Positions 1 to 7,104 are shown, counted from the first letter of the stretch. The stretch is DNA of 10,221 nucleotides from Candidatus Woesearchaeota archaeon (GCA_016180085.1 JACPBX010000028.1:1-10221), one strand, 5' to 3'. Program-made: numbers and translations. The notes: generated by a model not told the origin, from the sequence alone.

Positions 1-471
1 TACGGCATGGACCTCGCGCTTTTCCTCGGGACATTCCTGAACTATGTGCCAAAGTTTTACGTTAAGCTGGATACAGATGCCAGGGAGGAGGACCTCAGGA
101 ACAACAACCTCATACTGGTTGGCGGCCCTGTTGTCAACAGGGTTACGTGGATGGCTAACCCGAAGCTTCCGGTAAGGTTTGACAGGGAGCAGCACTGGGC
201 CATTCATTCGACAATAAGCGACAGCACATACCCGACTGACGAGTCAGGCATTATTGTAAAGACCAAGAGCCCTTTCAACCCTGACAAAAGCATCCTCGTT
301 GTTGCCGGAAAAAGGTATTTTGGCACTAGGGCGGCAATTATAGCTTTCCTGAAGCACTTTGATGAGCTGGCAGCCGGGAATGTTCACAGCAGAAGCGTAA
401 AAGCCAGGGTTGTTGAGGGCATTGACATGGACTCTGATGGCCTGATTGACGAGGCAGAGTTCAGGGAGTGA
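1..471 (+). CDS. 3' part of a conserved archaeal protein (gene starts upstream of the window); S-layer-C-like domain with a C-terminal DxDxDG loop; possibly the C-terminal domain of an HTH regulator-type family
   Basis: Frame is open from base 1 (TAC GGC ATG...), so ATG 7 is probably internal. NLILVGGPVVN resembles the S-layer C-terminal domain motif; the protein ends DMDSDGLIDEAEFRE*. All 10 Arg codons are AGR (host-like). The link to HTH regulators is recalled, not verified. Confidence 0.75.
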   Translation, partial: YGMDLALFLGTFLNYVPKFYVKLDTDAREEDLRNNNLILVGGPVVNRVTWMANPKLPVRFDREQHWAIHSTISDSTYPTDESGIIVKTKSPFNPDKSILVVAGKRYFGTRAAIIAFLKHFDELAAGNVHSRSVKARVVEGIDMDSDGLIDEAEFRE

Positions 472-472
472 T

Positions 473-2056
473 TCAGGAAGTGAGTTTCTCTTCCATCCTT
501 GCTGCCGAAAGGTGATGCTTTGCTGCGGCAATGAACTCTTCTTCTTTTTCAGTCTTGATTATTGCTCCTGCAGCCTCATGATGGCCGCCGGCCTGCCCCC
601 CCACCGTTCCTGCAATCATAGTCAGAATCTCCATAAGGTTGAATTCGCCCTTGAATTCCTTTTCTCTTGCCAGTCTGAGGCTTATCTTCGTAAAGTTATC
701 CGGGGCTCTTGCAAGTGAAAGGACAAAGGTTCCAGGGCTGAAGCTGCTCGATTTTGAAACTATGGAGGCCAATGTCCCAATCATTGTTGGCAGCACGTTG
801 TCTTCGGCGTTTATTATGACAAAGCTCTTGTCCATGATTATGCTGCCTGTTGGCTTTTCGCCGCCTTTTGCGTTTGCAGCCGCAACATTTTTTTGCCGCA
901 GCATTCCCTCGTACCATGTCAGAGAGCTTGCAATCTGCTGCTTGTAGTCGTCAAGTATGCGGAGCGCCTCTTCCTTGCATCGTTGGTCACCGATGCATGC
1001 GCCGATCCCCACAGATGCCTTTTCCAGCCTTCCGCAGGCGTTCAGAAGCGTGGCAAACTCCCGCGCATCCCTCAGGGGTGAGCCGTCAGTCTCCTGCCTG
1101 AGTATGTAAACAGGGCCTATTATCGCTTCCGGCTCAGGCTGGTTTATCCGCTGCAGCACAACGCCGGTAGCCAGTCTTACAAGCTCCTCGTCGCTTAAGT
1201 CGGTTAATTTTCTCCAGCTGTTATTGCCATTTCCGCCATTGCTTTTTGGGTTTATTCCCAGCTGCTGAAGGAACTGGATTGCTGCGCTTTCGCTTCCGGT
1301 TACTCCTGGAATCTGGAACTCGCTGCTCTGACCCAGCACCTTGTGCAGCGGCTTTGTCTGGACTCCAAACAGCCTCAGGCCTGTGATGACCTTCAGCGTT
1401 TTTGCTGATTTCGCATCAGAAAGTATCTCCTTGTTTAAGCCACTGAAGCCGTTATCCCGGTCTTCCTGCATGTCTCCAATCGCCCCTATTATGGCCAGGT
1501 GGGCAAGGTCGGTGTTTTTCCCGTTAAGCGCCTTTGAGAACAGGTAGGCAACACCCGCGCCTGATATCTCCCTTGACGATTCTATCCCTGCCATGTGGGG
1601 ATTGACGTGCACAACGTTCTCTGCTGCAAACTCTTTTTGCAGGTGGTGGTGGTCGAGTATGAACAGGCTTTTGCCGCTGTCGCCCAAGTTTTTTTTAAGG
1701 ATGTCAAACTGCCCTGTTCCCAGGTCGGTGAAAACATAGTAGCTGTAGCTCTCAGCGGCCAACTGCATGGCAACCTCTTCAGTAAGCTGGTGAACTATCG
1801 AGAGGCAGTACTTCCTGTTCTCCCTGAGCAGGGTTTTGACCATTATAGAAGCAGAGCTCAGCCCGTCGGCATCAAGATGGGAAACCAGCCTTATTGTAAC
1901 TGACTTGTCAATCAGGGCAAAACTGTCGGCTGCGGCTTTCACCATCTGCCTGAACTCATCAAGCTTGGCATTCTTTGTAATACCACTACCGGCCTCAGTA
2001 TTCACCAGGCTATCGTTGCTTTCATCTTTTTTTACTTTTAAAGAAGCCGATTCCAT
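473..2056 (-). CDS. recJ: Archaeal RecJ/GAN-like DHH-family phosphoesterase (ssDNA exonuclease, Cdc45/RecJ homolog) with DHHA1 domain
   Basis: DHH motifs SHLDADG, TDLG, LDHHH, IGAIGD, DAREFATLLNACGR and C-terminal AGGHHEAAGA. Lies directly downstream of rps15, as in the conserved archaeal rps15-DHH neighbourhood. TATA-like TTTAAA starts 29 nt before the ATG. Confidence 0.93.
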   Translation of the reverse strand: MESASLKVKKDESNDSLVNTEAGSGITKNAKLDEFRQMVKAAADSFALIDKSVTIRLVSHLDADGLSSASIMVKTLLRENRKYCLSIVHQLTEEVAMQLAAESYSYYVFTDLGTGQFDILKKNLGDSGKSLFILDHHHLQKEFAAENVVHVNPHMAGIESSREISGAGVAYLFSKALNGKNTDLAHLAIIGAIGDMQEDRDNGFSGLNKEILSDAKSAKTLKVITGLRLFGVQTKPLHKVLGQSSEFQIPGVTGSESAAIQFLQQLGINPKSNGGNGNNSWRKLTDLSDEELVRLATGVVLQRINQPEPEAIIGPVYILRQETDGSPLRDAREFATLLNACGRLEKASVGIGACIGDQRCKEEALRILDDYKQQIASSLTWYEGMLRQKNVAAANAKGGEKPTGSIIMDKSFVIINAEDNVLPTMIGTLASIVSKSSSFSPGTFVLSLARAPDNFTKISLRLAREKEFKGEFNLMEILTMIAGTVGGQAGGHHEAAGAIIKTEKEEEFIAAAKHHLSAARMEEKLTS

Positions 2057-2078
2057 GCCAATTTTTTGATGGGCAGAC

Positions 2079-2086
2079 TTTTAAAG
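2079..2086 (-). promoter_or_regulatory. Putative TATA box of recJ
   Basis: Minus strand reads CTTTAAAA; TTTAAA starts at 2085, 29 nt before ATG 2056. Confidence 0.6.
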
Positions 2087-2143
2087 TTTGTGCAACAGGC
2101 AGCAACAGCGTGCCATCGTATAAGAATCGTATTATCTCGCAAT

Positions 2144-2154
2144 ACAAAAAAGAA
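2144..2154 (-). terminator. Putative oligo-T archaeal terminator after rps15
   Basis: Minus strand reads TGA-TTCTTTTTTGT immediately after the rps15 stop; archaeal intrinsic terminators are T-tracts. Confidence 0.45.
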
Positions 2155-2610
2155 TCAGCTTATTAACAGCTTGACCTTTTCAGGGTCATAGCTCCAGTCC
2201 TGGGGAAGAACATGCTCTCTTTTGTAGTATTTCACAAGCCTTCTTATCTTGGAGTCAGTCAGCCCAAGGCCCCTTTTTGCAGCCATGTCATGCTTCATCC
2301 CTTCAAGGTGCTTTTTTATTTGGACGCTTTTCTTGATAAGTGCCATCAGGTCCTCTGGAATCTGCGGAAGCATGCCTTTCTCCTTCATTATGGCAGACAC
2401 CCTTCTCCCTGCAACCCTTTTTACTCCCGGCACTCCATAGCTGTCCCGGAGCACCATGCCTATCTGCGAAGGCGCTTTTCCTTCCTTTGCTACCTTTGCA
2501 ACAAGCAGCTCTACCTCCTTGGCTTCATACCTCACCCAGGTTGGCTTTGTCTTCCTGAGAGGCCTTTTGGAGCCTGCCTTTCCCCTCTTCCTTGAGTGCA
2601 TCTTTGCCAT
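2155..2610 (-). CDS. rps15: 30S ribosomal protein S15 (uS15, archaeal S15P/S13e type)
   Basis: N-terminus MAKMHSRKRGKAGSKRP, SQIGMVLRDSYGVP, PEDLMALIKK and KRGLGLTDSKIRRLVKYYK are characteristic of archaeal/eukaryotic uS15; 151 aa. Confidence 0.98.
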   Translation of the reverse strand: MAKMHSRKRGKAGSKRPLRKTKPTWVRYEAKEVELLVAKVAKEGKAPSQIGMVLRDSYGVPGVKRVAGRRVSAIMKEKGMLPQIPEDLMALIKKSVQIKKHLEGMKHDMAAKRGLGLTDSKIRRLVKYYKREHVLPQDWSYDPEKVKLLIS

Positions 2611-2640
2611 TTGTGCTGGAGAACGGAGCTAAATGGTTGC

Positions 2641-2648
2641 TTATAAAG
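2641..2648 (-). promoter_or_regulatory. Putative TATA box of rps15
   Basis: Minus strand reads CTTTATAA; TTTATA starts at 2647, 37 nt before ATG 2610 (short leader). Confidence 0.6.
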
Positions 2649-2653
2649 ATTGC

Positions 2654-2677
2654 TGTTGCTCGTGACGCAGAGCAACA
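2654..2677. repeat. Perfect 8-bp inverted repeat TGTTGCTC-N8-GAGCAACA between the divergent rps15 and methyltransferase promoters
   Basis: Arms at 2654-2661 and 2670-2677, read directly from the sequence; function unknown. Confidence 0.7.
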
Positions 2678-2712
2678 TACGTTTGCCCAAGCTTTATTTG
2701 GTGAAGTTAAAA

Positions 2713-2720
2713 TTTTTATA
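2713..2720 (+). promoter_or_regulatory. Putative TATA box of methyltransferase 1
   Basis: TTTTTATA preceded by purine-rich GAAGTTAAAA; TTTATA starts at 2715, 30 nt before ATG 2745. Confidence 0.6.
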
Positions 2721-2744
2721 GGAGGCGTACGACCTACGCTGCCC

Positions 2745-3362
2745 ATGAACCTAAAAACGCTTGTTATACGGCTTGTTATGTTCCCTTCTGTCCTGCTCTA
2801 TGAGCGAGTTTTCAATCCATTTTATAAAGGGAGAGTGGCGAGGTATATTGCCAGCTTATGTGGGAATGGCCCAAGGGTGCTTGATGTTGGTTGTGATGAC
2901 GGCTTCCTTGCAGCAATGGTTGTCAAGTTCAATCCCTCCTTGAAAATAACCGGCTTGGACGTTCAGGCTAACCGACCCTCAAAAATTTCAAGAGTGATAT
3001 ATGATGGGATGAATATGCCTTTTCCTGATAACTCTTTTGATGTTGTGTTTGCAGTTGATGCTCTGCACCACACCAAAGACATTCCCTTAGTGCTGAGGGA
3101 AATGAAGCGGGTTTCAAAGAGATATGTGATAATCAAGGACCAGACCGCCAGAGGGTTATTTTCGAAGTTGATGCTCTGCATACTTGATATCCTGCCGAAT
3201 CTGCCTAACGGGGTGAAATGTGTTTTTAACTACCCCTCGCCCAAACAGTGGAAAGCTTATTTTAATGATGTTGGTTTAAAAGTCGCCCAACAGCCTGGCG
3301 GTCTTAATTTTGGCTTTGGAGTAAGTGAGAAGTACAGCCCCATATTTAAGCTTGAGAAATGA
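2745..3362 (+). CDS. Class I SAM-dependent methyltransferase (Methyltransf_11-like), paralog 1, 205 aa
   Basis: Motif I VLDVGCDDG, LDV, MPFPDNSFDVVFAVDALHH. Start moved from 2592 to ATG 2745 because the N-terminus then aligns with paralog 2, the TATA spacing fits, and the extension would overlap rps15 and its promoter. Confidence 0.9.
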   Translation: MNLKTLVIRLVMFPSVLLYERVFNPFYKGRVARYIASLCGNGPRVLDVGCDDGFLAAMVVKFNPSLKITGLDVQANRPSKISRVIYDGMNMPFPDNSFDVVFAVDALHHTKDIPLVLREMKRVSKRYVIIKDQTARGLFSKLMLCILDILPNLPNGVKCVFNYPSPKQWKAYFNDVGLKVAQQPGGLNFGFGVSEKYSPIFKLEK

Positions 3363-3582
3363 AACACTTAAAAATCCGTATACCTGCCTTTCTGTTTATT
3401 TCCCGCTGTCGTGCATCTTTGTACATTATTACGCCTATTCGCTTCATCAGCATAAACCCGTAACCCCAAACGATTGGCATCCACAGTGGCGTGCCTAAGA
3501 AGTCTGCGTGCGCAAAGGTATGGATGCGCGCGATGTCTGTCTCAAACACCTCTATGGCAAAGCCCGTCTGTGCAATAAATAT
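3346..3582 (-). pseudogene. Probable 5'-truncated small membrane-protein gene (or a 67-aa GTG-started membrane peptide, 3346-3549)
   Basis: Hydrophobic/aromatic segment ADFLGTPLWMPIVWGYGFMLMKRIGVIMY looks like real membrane protein. It resembles, from memory, small CPR/DPANN membrane proteins ending ...LGIPxWLPxxWGYGFxLMKRI. The frame is open upstream (IFIAQTGFAIE) to a TAA at 3583-3585 with no ATG. The 3' end overlaps the methyltransferase 1 stop by 17 nt. Confidence 0.5.
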
Positions 3583-3590
3583 TTAAAAAA
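3574..3590. promoter_or_regulatory. AT-rich divergent promoter: TTTAAA (+, 3582) for methyltransferase 2 and TTTATT (-, 3579) for the small antisense ORF
   Basis: TTTAAA starts 30 nt before ATG 3612; minus-strand TTTATT starts 30 nt before GTG 3549. Confidence 0.55.
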
Positions 3591-3611
3591 GGAACTAGTT
3601 ATGCAGTTACC

Positions 3612-4235
3612 ATGCTTCTCAGGATCGTCCTAACATTTCCTGTTCGCCTGGTACTGGAGAGAGTATCTCCTGCTTACAAGAAGCAGTTGGCAAGCCAGCT
3701 TGCCTCTCTTTGCGAGGACGGTGCGCAAATTCTTGACGTTGGCTGCAATGACGGGCATGTTGCTGCCTTAATGCTTGAATGCAAGCCTTCGTTGAAGATT
3801 GTGGGCGTTGATGTTCGGGCTGACAGGCCTGCCATGATAGAGCGAAGGATTTACGACGGCAGGAAGCTGCCTTTTCCTGACGAAAGTTTTGATGTAGTCA
3901 TGGCGAACGATGTGCTGCACCATACAACTGATATTGAAGCGCTGCTCAAAGAAATGGTGCGAGTCTCAAAGCGCTACATACTCATCAAGGACCACCAAAA
4001 GGTGGGGTTGCTTTCGCATCTTTGGCTTTCGCTTTTTGATTGCATTGGAAACGTGTCCTACGGTATTCCCTGCGTGTTTAACTACAAGTCGCTGGATGAA
4101 TGGAAACGGCTGTTTAACAAACTTGACCTCAGGCTTGCTTTGGAACATGAAAAGCTTAAGTTTGGTTTTGGCGTATTTCAGCAGCATAACCCCATATTCA
4201 AGCTGGAAAAAAACAGAAACTTAAAAAAAGTTTAA
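3612..4235 (+). CDS. Class I SAM-dependent methyltransferase (Methyltransf_11-like), paralog 2, 207 aa
   Basis: ILDVGCNDG, VDV, LPFPDESFDVVMANDVLHH. Colinear with paralog 1 along its length (shared ASLC, PSLKI, RVSKRY..IKD, CVFNY, FGFGV, PIFKLEK). Confidence 0.92.
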   Translation: MLLRIVLTFPVRLVLERVSPAYKKQLASQLASLCEDGAQILDVGCNDGHVAALMLECKPSLKIVGVDVRADRPAMIERRIYDGRKLPFPDESFDVVMANDVLHHTTDIEALLKEMVRVSKRYILIKDHQKVGLLSHLWLSLFDCIGNVSYGIPCVFNYKSLDEWKRLFNKLDLRLALEHEKLKFGFGVFQQHNPIFKLEKNRNLKKV

Positions 4236-4276
4236 AATAGCCTTCACAAAGATTATAAATTGCTGATAGTTACAAA

Positions 4277-5116
4277 ATGGTGATGTTTACTGAGAGCTAT
4301 GTGACAACAAAGGAGGGTGTGAAAATCTTCTGCCGAGTCCGGCGAAAAGTGGGGCGGCCTTGGCTCGTTTTTCTCCATGGCGGAGGCGGCTCGCTGTCGT
4401 CCTGGTATCAGGAAGAGGCTTTCTTCACTGGCAAAAATTACTCCCTCCTATTAATTGACATGCGGGGGCACGGCAACTCGGATAAGGGAAGCACAAGGGA
4501 TTTTTTTGCCCTTGGGAATTTTTCGCGCGATTTGGCAACTGTGTTGAGGCATTTTGGGATTAAAAAAGCGACGATCATTGGCCATTGCTTCGGGAGCGTT
4601 GTAGCGCAGCAGTTCTGCTTAGGTTATCCCGGTATGGTTGACCGTGTTGTGCTCATTAACTCAGGAAAGGAGCCATTCAGAGGCATTTGGAGTAAGATAA
4701 TCCCTGTTTTATTCTGCGCGTTTGTCTACTGCTTGCCCTTTCAAGGCGTAAAGGGCCATGCGGACTACTCAAAGTTTGTCGGAAGTTATGACATACATGC
4801 GCAAAGGTTTTTCACAGACCTTTACTATGCTGGAAGGCGGGCGTGCTTAAGCACTTACAGGATTACAACGTACTTCAAGTCACCGCTCAAAAAATTTGAC
4901 AAGCCTGCTTTGCTCATTCACGGAAGGAATGACATCATCGTTTCGTACAAAAACAGTTTTGAGCTTCAGCAGGTATTCACAAATTCAACTGTTAAAATAC
5001 TAAACACAAACCACCTTTCAGTCTACAATTACGGGCCAGGGGTAAGCCGAGCAATCTTTGAGTTCCTGGAAAGCAGTGAGCGCCGCATTGGCAAGGGTTG
5101 GAAGTCAGGAACATAA
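4277..5116 (+). CDS. Alpha/beta-fold hydrolase with Cys at the nucleophile elbow (GHCFG)
   Basis: Oxyanion motif FLHGGGGS, IDMRGHGNS, elbow GHCFG (4580-4594), acid HGRND (Asp 4931-4933), His in TNHL (5012-5014). The start may be ATG 4283, since TTATAA at 4253 is 30 nt before it. Confidence 0.88.
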   Translation: MVMFTESYVTTKEGVKIFCRVRRKVGRPWLVFLHGGGGSLSSWYQEEAFFTGKNYSLLLIDMRGHGNSDKGSTRDFFALGNFSRDLATVLRHFGIKKATIIGHCFGSVVAQQFCLGYPGMVDRVVLINSGKEPFRGIWSKIIPVLFCAFVYCLPFQGVKGHADYSKFVGSYDIHAQRFFTDLYYAGRRACLSTYRITTYFKSPLKKFDKPALLIHGRNDIIVSYKNSFELQQVFTNSTVKILNTNHLSVYNYGPGVSRAIFEFLESSERRIGKGWKSGT

Positions 5117-5118
5117 AG

Positions 5119-5124
5119 TTTAAA
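5119..5124 (+). promoter_or_regulatory. Putative TATA box of the GT4 gene
   Basis: TTTAAA starts 30 nt before ATG 5149, just after the hydrolase stop. Confidence 0.55.
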
Positions 5125-5148
5125 TTGCTTTGATGCAGCTGGTGTCCT

Positions 5149-6306
5149 ATGCGAATTGCTTTTTTTACAGAGATGTTTCCGCCTTTGGTGAACGGGGTTG
5201 CAGTGAGCGTTGCTGAGCTTGCAAAGAAGTTAGCTGACAAGGGGCACGTAATTTATGTTTTTGCACCGAAATATCCCAGGCATTCTTTCAGTTATCCGAA
5301 TATCAGGCTAGTGCCCTGCCCGGCAATTTCTGTGCCGAAGTACGAAAATCTGAAATTGTCTTTGCCTTTCAACCTTGGGATTTTTAAATTTATAAAGAGC
5401 GAAAAGATTGAGCTGATTCATTTTCACACGCCAACGCCGCTTGGCTTGGAAGGGATAATTATTGCCAAGTTTTTTGGGCTGCCGCTTGTTGGCTCGTTTC
5501 ATGGCTATTTCATGGATAAGGAATACCTGAAGCACATGAAGCTGAACTATGACTTTGCCGAAAGGCTGGTGTGGAAATACTCAAATTTCTTTTACAACAA
5601 ATGCAATCTGATTGTATGCCCATCGGAGGGGACTAAAGCAGAGCTTATAGCGAGAAACTGTAAAAAGTCTGTTAAAGTTATTCCGTACGGCACAGATGCT
5701 GGAGTTTTTGACAACACTAAAGCAGCTCTTCTAAGGAAGAAATACAGCGAGGGTGGGAAGCTTTTGCTTTTTGTAGGAAGGATTGCGCACGAAAAGAATA
5801 TTCCCTATCTCCTTGAGTGTTTTGCGCTGGTTGTGAAAAAAGTTGGAAGCGCAAAGCTGCTAATTGTGGGTGACGGCCCGCAAATGGCAGAGGTGAAGAG
5901 GAAGGTAGCAAACCTTGGGCTGCAAGAGAAGGTGATTCTGCTGGGAGCAGTGGAGCACGAGAAGCTGGTTAAGTCCGGCATATACGGTGCCTGTGACGTG
6001 TTCGTGCACGCATCAAAGACCGAAACTGGGCCCTTGACGGTTCTCGAGGCACAGGCGAACGGCCTCGTTTGTGTTGCGGTTAAAAGCAGGGCAATGAAGC
6101 TTATTAAAAGTGGTGTAAACGGCTATCTTGTTGAGCCCGAAAACAAGCAGGCATTTGCGGATGCCGTAGTGAAATTGCTTACTGAAAAATCAACTTATGC
6201 AAGGATGCGGAAAAATACGCTGAAAATGATACAGAAATACGACAATGCCAATATTGCTGGCCTGTGGGAGAAAGTTTACAGAGGTGTTGTGCGCAAAAAG
6301 GCTTAG
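5149..6306 (+). CDS. Glycosyltransferase family 4 (GT-B), resembling 1,2-diacylglycerol 3-glucosyltransferase (UGDG/MGS-like) subfamily
   Basis: N-terminus MRIAFFTEMFPPLVNGVAVSV, HFHTP, LFVGRIAHEKN, VGDGP, E-x7-E motif ETGPLTVLE, NGYLV; 385 aa. Confidence 0.88.
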   Translation: MRIAFFTEMFPPLVNGVAVSVAELAKKLADKGHVIYVFAPKYPRHSFSYPNIRLVPCPAISVPKYENLKLSLPFNLGIFKFIKSEKIELIHFHTPTPLGLEGIIIAKFFGLPLVGSFHGYFMDKEYLKHMKLNYDFAERLVWKYSNFFYNKCNLIVCPSEGTKAELIARNCKKSVKVIPYGTDAGVFDNTKAALLRKKYSEGGKLLLFVGRIAHEKNIPYLLECFALVVKKVGSAKLLIVGDGPQMAEVKRKVANLGLQEKVILLGAVEHEKLVKSGIYGACDVFVHASKTETGPLTVLEAQANGLVCVAVKSRAMKLIKSGVNGYLVEPENKQAFADAVVKLLTEKSTYARMRKNTLKMIQKYDNANIAGLWEKVYRGVVRKKA

Positions 6307-6336
6307 AATTCCTAGCCTTGTTCCCTGGGGACTTTG

Positions 6337-7104
6337 CTATTTGGTCAGCATTGTACGCAGCAGTGAACGAATGAAACCTGCATGGTACATGCCGAACACC
6401 AGGATTGTGTAGAGACCCAACATCAGTGCATAAAGAGGCCAGTTACCGCGACTATCCAGAATGGCAAGTGCTGCTATGATAAGGAATGAAGCTATTTTTA
6501 TGGCAAGAAGCGCCTGCTTGCTGTAGTGGCGGATAGCTCGCCGCACTTCCCAGCCACGGATGTCTTTTTCAACAACTCTCCTTATTGTCATGAGCCCGAG
6601 TATAAAGAAAGCATATGCCGTTACCAGGATGGCTTGCACGGGATGATTGATTAGTTCAAACGCCATCACTGCCCTGAGAGGGTGTGTGGCGGCGTTCATT
6701 ATAATCTCAACGTAGGGCAGGTGTTTGGCAAAAAACGAATAGGTGATATTTAGTGCTATGAAGGCGAAATAAAAACCGACAATCCATTTCCCGATGAAGA
6801 ACCATCCAGTGAACAGGCCGGTTGCAATGAGAAGCACGGCCAGGGCAATTGCGGTTCTCAGAGGGATTCTGCCAGAGGGGATTGGCCTGTGCCGTTTGAA
6901 AGGATGTTGCTGATCCTCTTTCCGGTCAGCTATGTCGTTTAGCATATAAAGCCCGGTATACAGAAGCAGGTTGAATGATACATAGAGAAGTACCAGCTTC
7001 TGGGCAAGGGCAACAGACATGCCGGAAAAGAAGAACGCGATTGTGGCAATTGCCAGGAAGGATGCATGGTATTTGAATTTAATCAGAGTGATGTAATCTT
7101 TCAC
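6337..7104 (-). CDS. UbiA-superfamily prenyltransferase, decaprenyl-phosphate phosphoribosyltransferase (DPPR synthase)-like clade
   Basis: Polytopic membrane protein with NDIADRKEDQQHPFKRHRPIPSG (the HPxKxxRP signature of the DPPR-synthase-like branch), YSFFAKH and RRVVE motifs. GTG start overlaps the PAP2 TGA (GTGA, 7101-7104); SD-like GGGGTG lies 8 nt upstream (7113-7118). Confidence 0.85.
   Translation of the reverse strand: MKDYITLIKFKYHASFLAIATIAFFFSGMSVALAQKLVLLYVSFNLLLYTGLYMLNDIADRKEDQQHPFKRHRPIPSGRIPLRTAIALAVLLIATGLFTGWFFIGKWIVGFYFAFIALNITYSFFAKHLPYVEIIMNAATHPLRAVMAFELINHPVQAILVTAYAFFILGLMTIRRVVEKDIRGWEVRRAIRHYSKQALLAIKIASFLIIAALAILDSRGNWPLYALMLGLYTILVFGMYHAGFIRSLLRTMLTK

Noticed and set aside
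473-2056. Low-complexity inserts in RecJ (N-terminal ~30 aa, SNGGNGNNS, NVAAANAKGGEKPTGS) as possible intein or extra domain; A8 run at 1689-1696
   Set aside because: Inserts are short with no intein motifs; the frame is intact through the homopolymer.
244-2069. Antisense and alternative-frame ORFs over gene 1 and recJ (244-531, 446-718, 639-947, 696-917, 850-1101, 893-1081, 1341-1547, 1582-1773, 1595-1903, 1836-2069)
   Set aside because: Shadows of well-supported genes, with no recognisable motifs.
2592-2744. 51-codon N-terminal extension of methyltransferase 1 in the ORF track
   Set aside because: It overlaps the rps15 start and promoter, has no counterpart in paralog 2, and TATA spacing supports ATG 2745.
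6307-6336. Possible hairpin terminator between the convergent GT4 and UbiA genes (TCCC-TG-GGGA)
   Set aside because: The stem is only 4 bp with a 2-nt loop and there is no clear T-tract.
6337-7104. Calling the UbiA protein DGGGP synthase (archaeal ether-lipid synthesis)
   Set aside because: The HPFKRHRP insert and YSxxxKH motif fit the DPPR-synthase-like clade better; a phylogeny would settle it.
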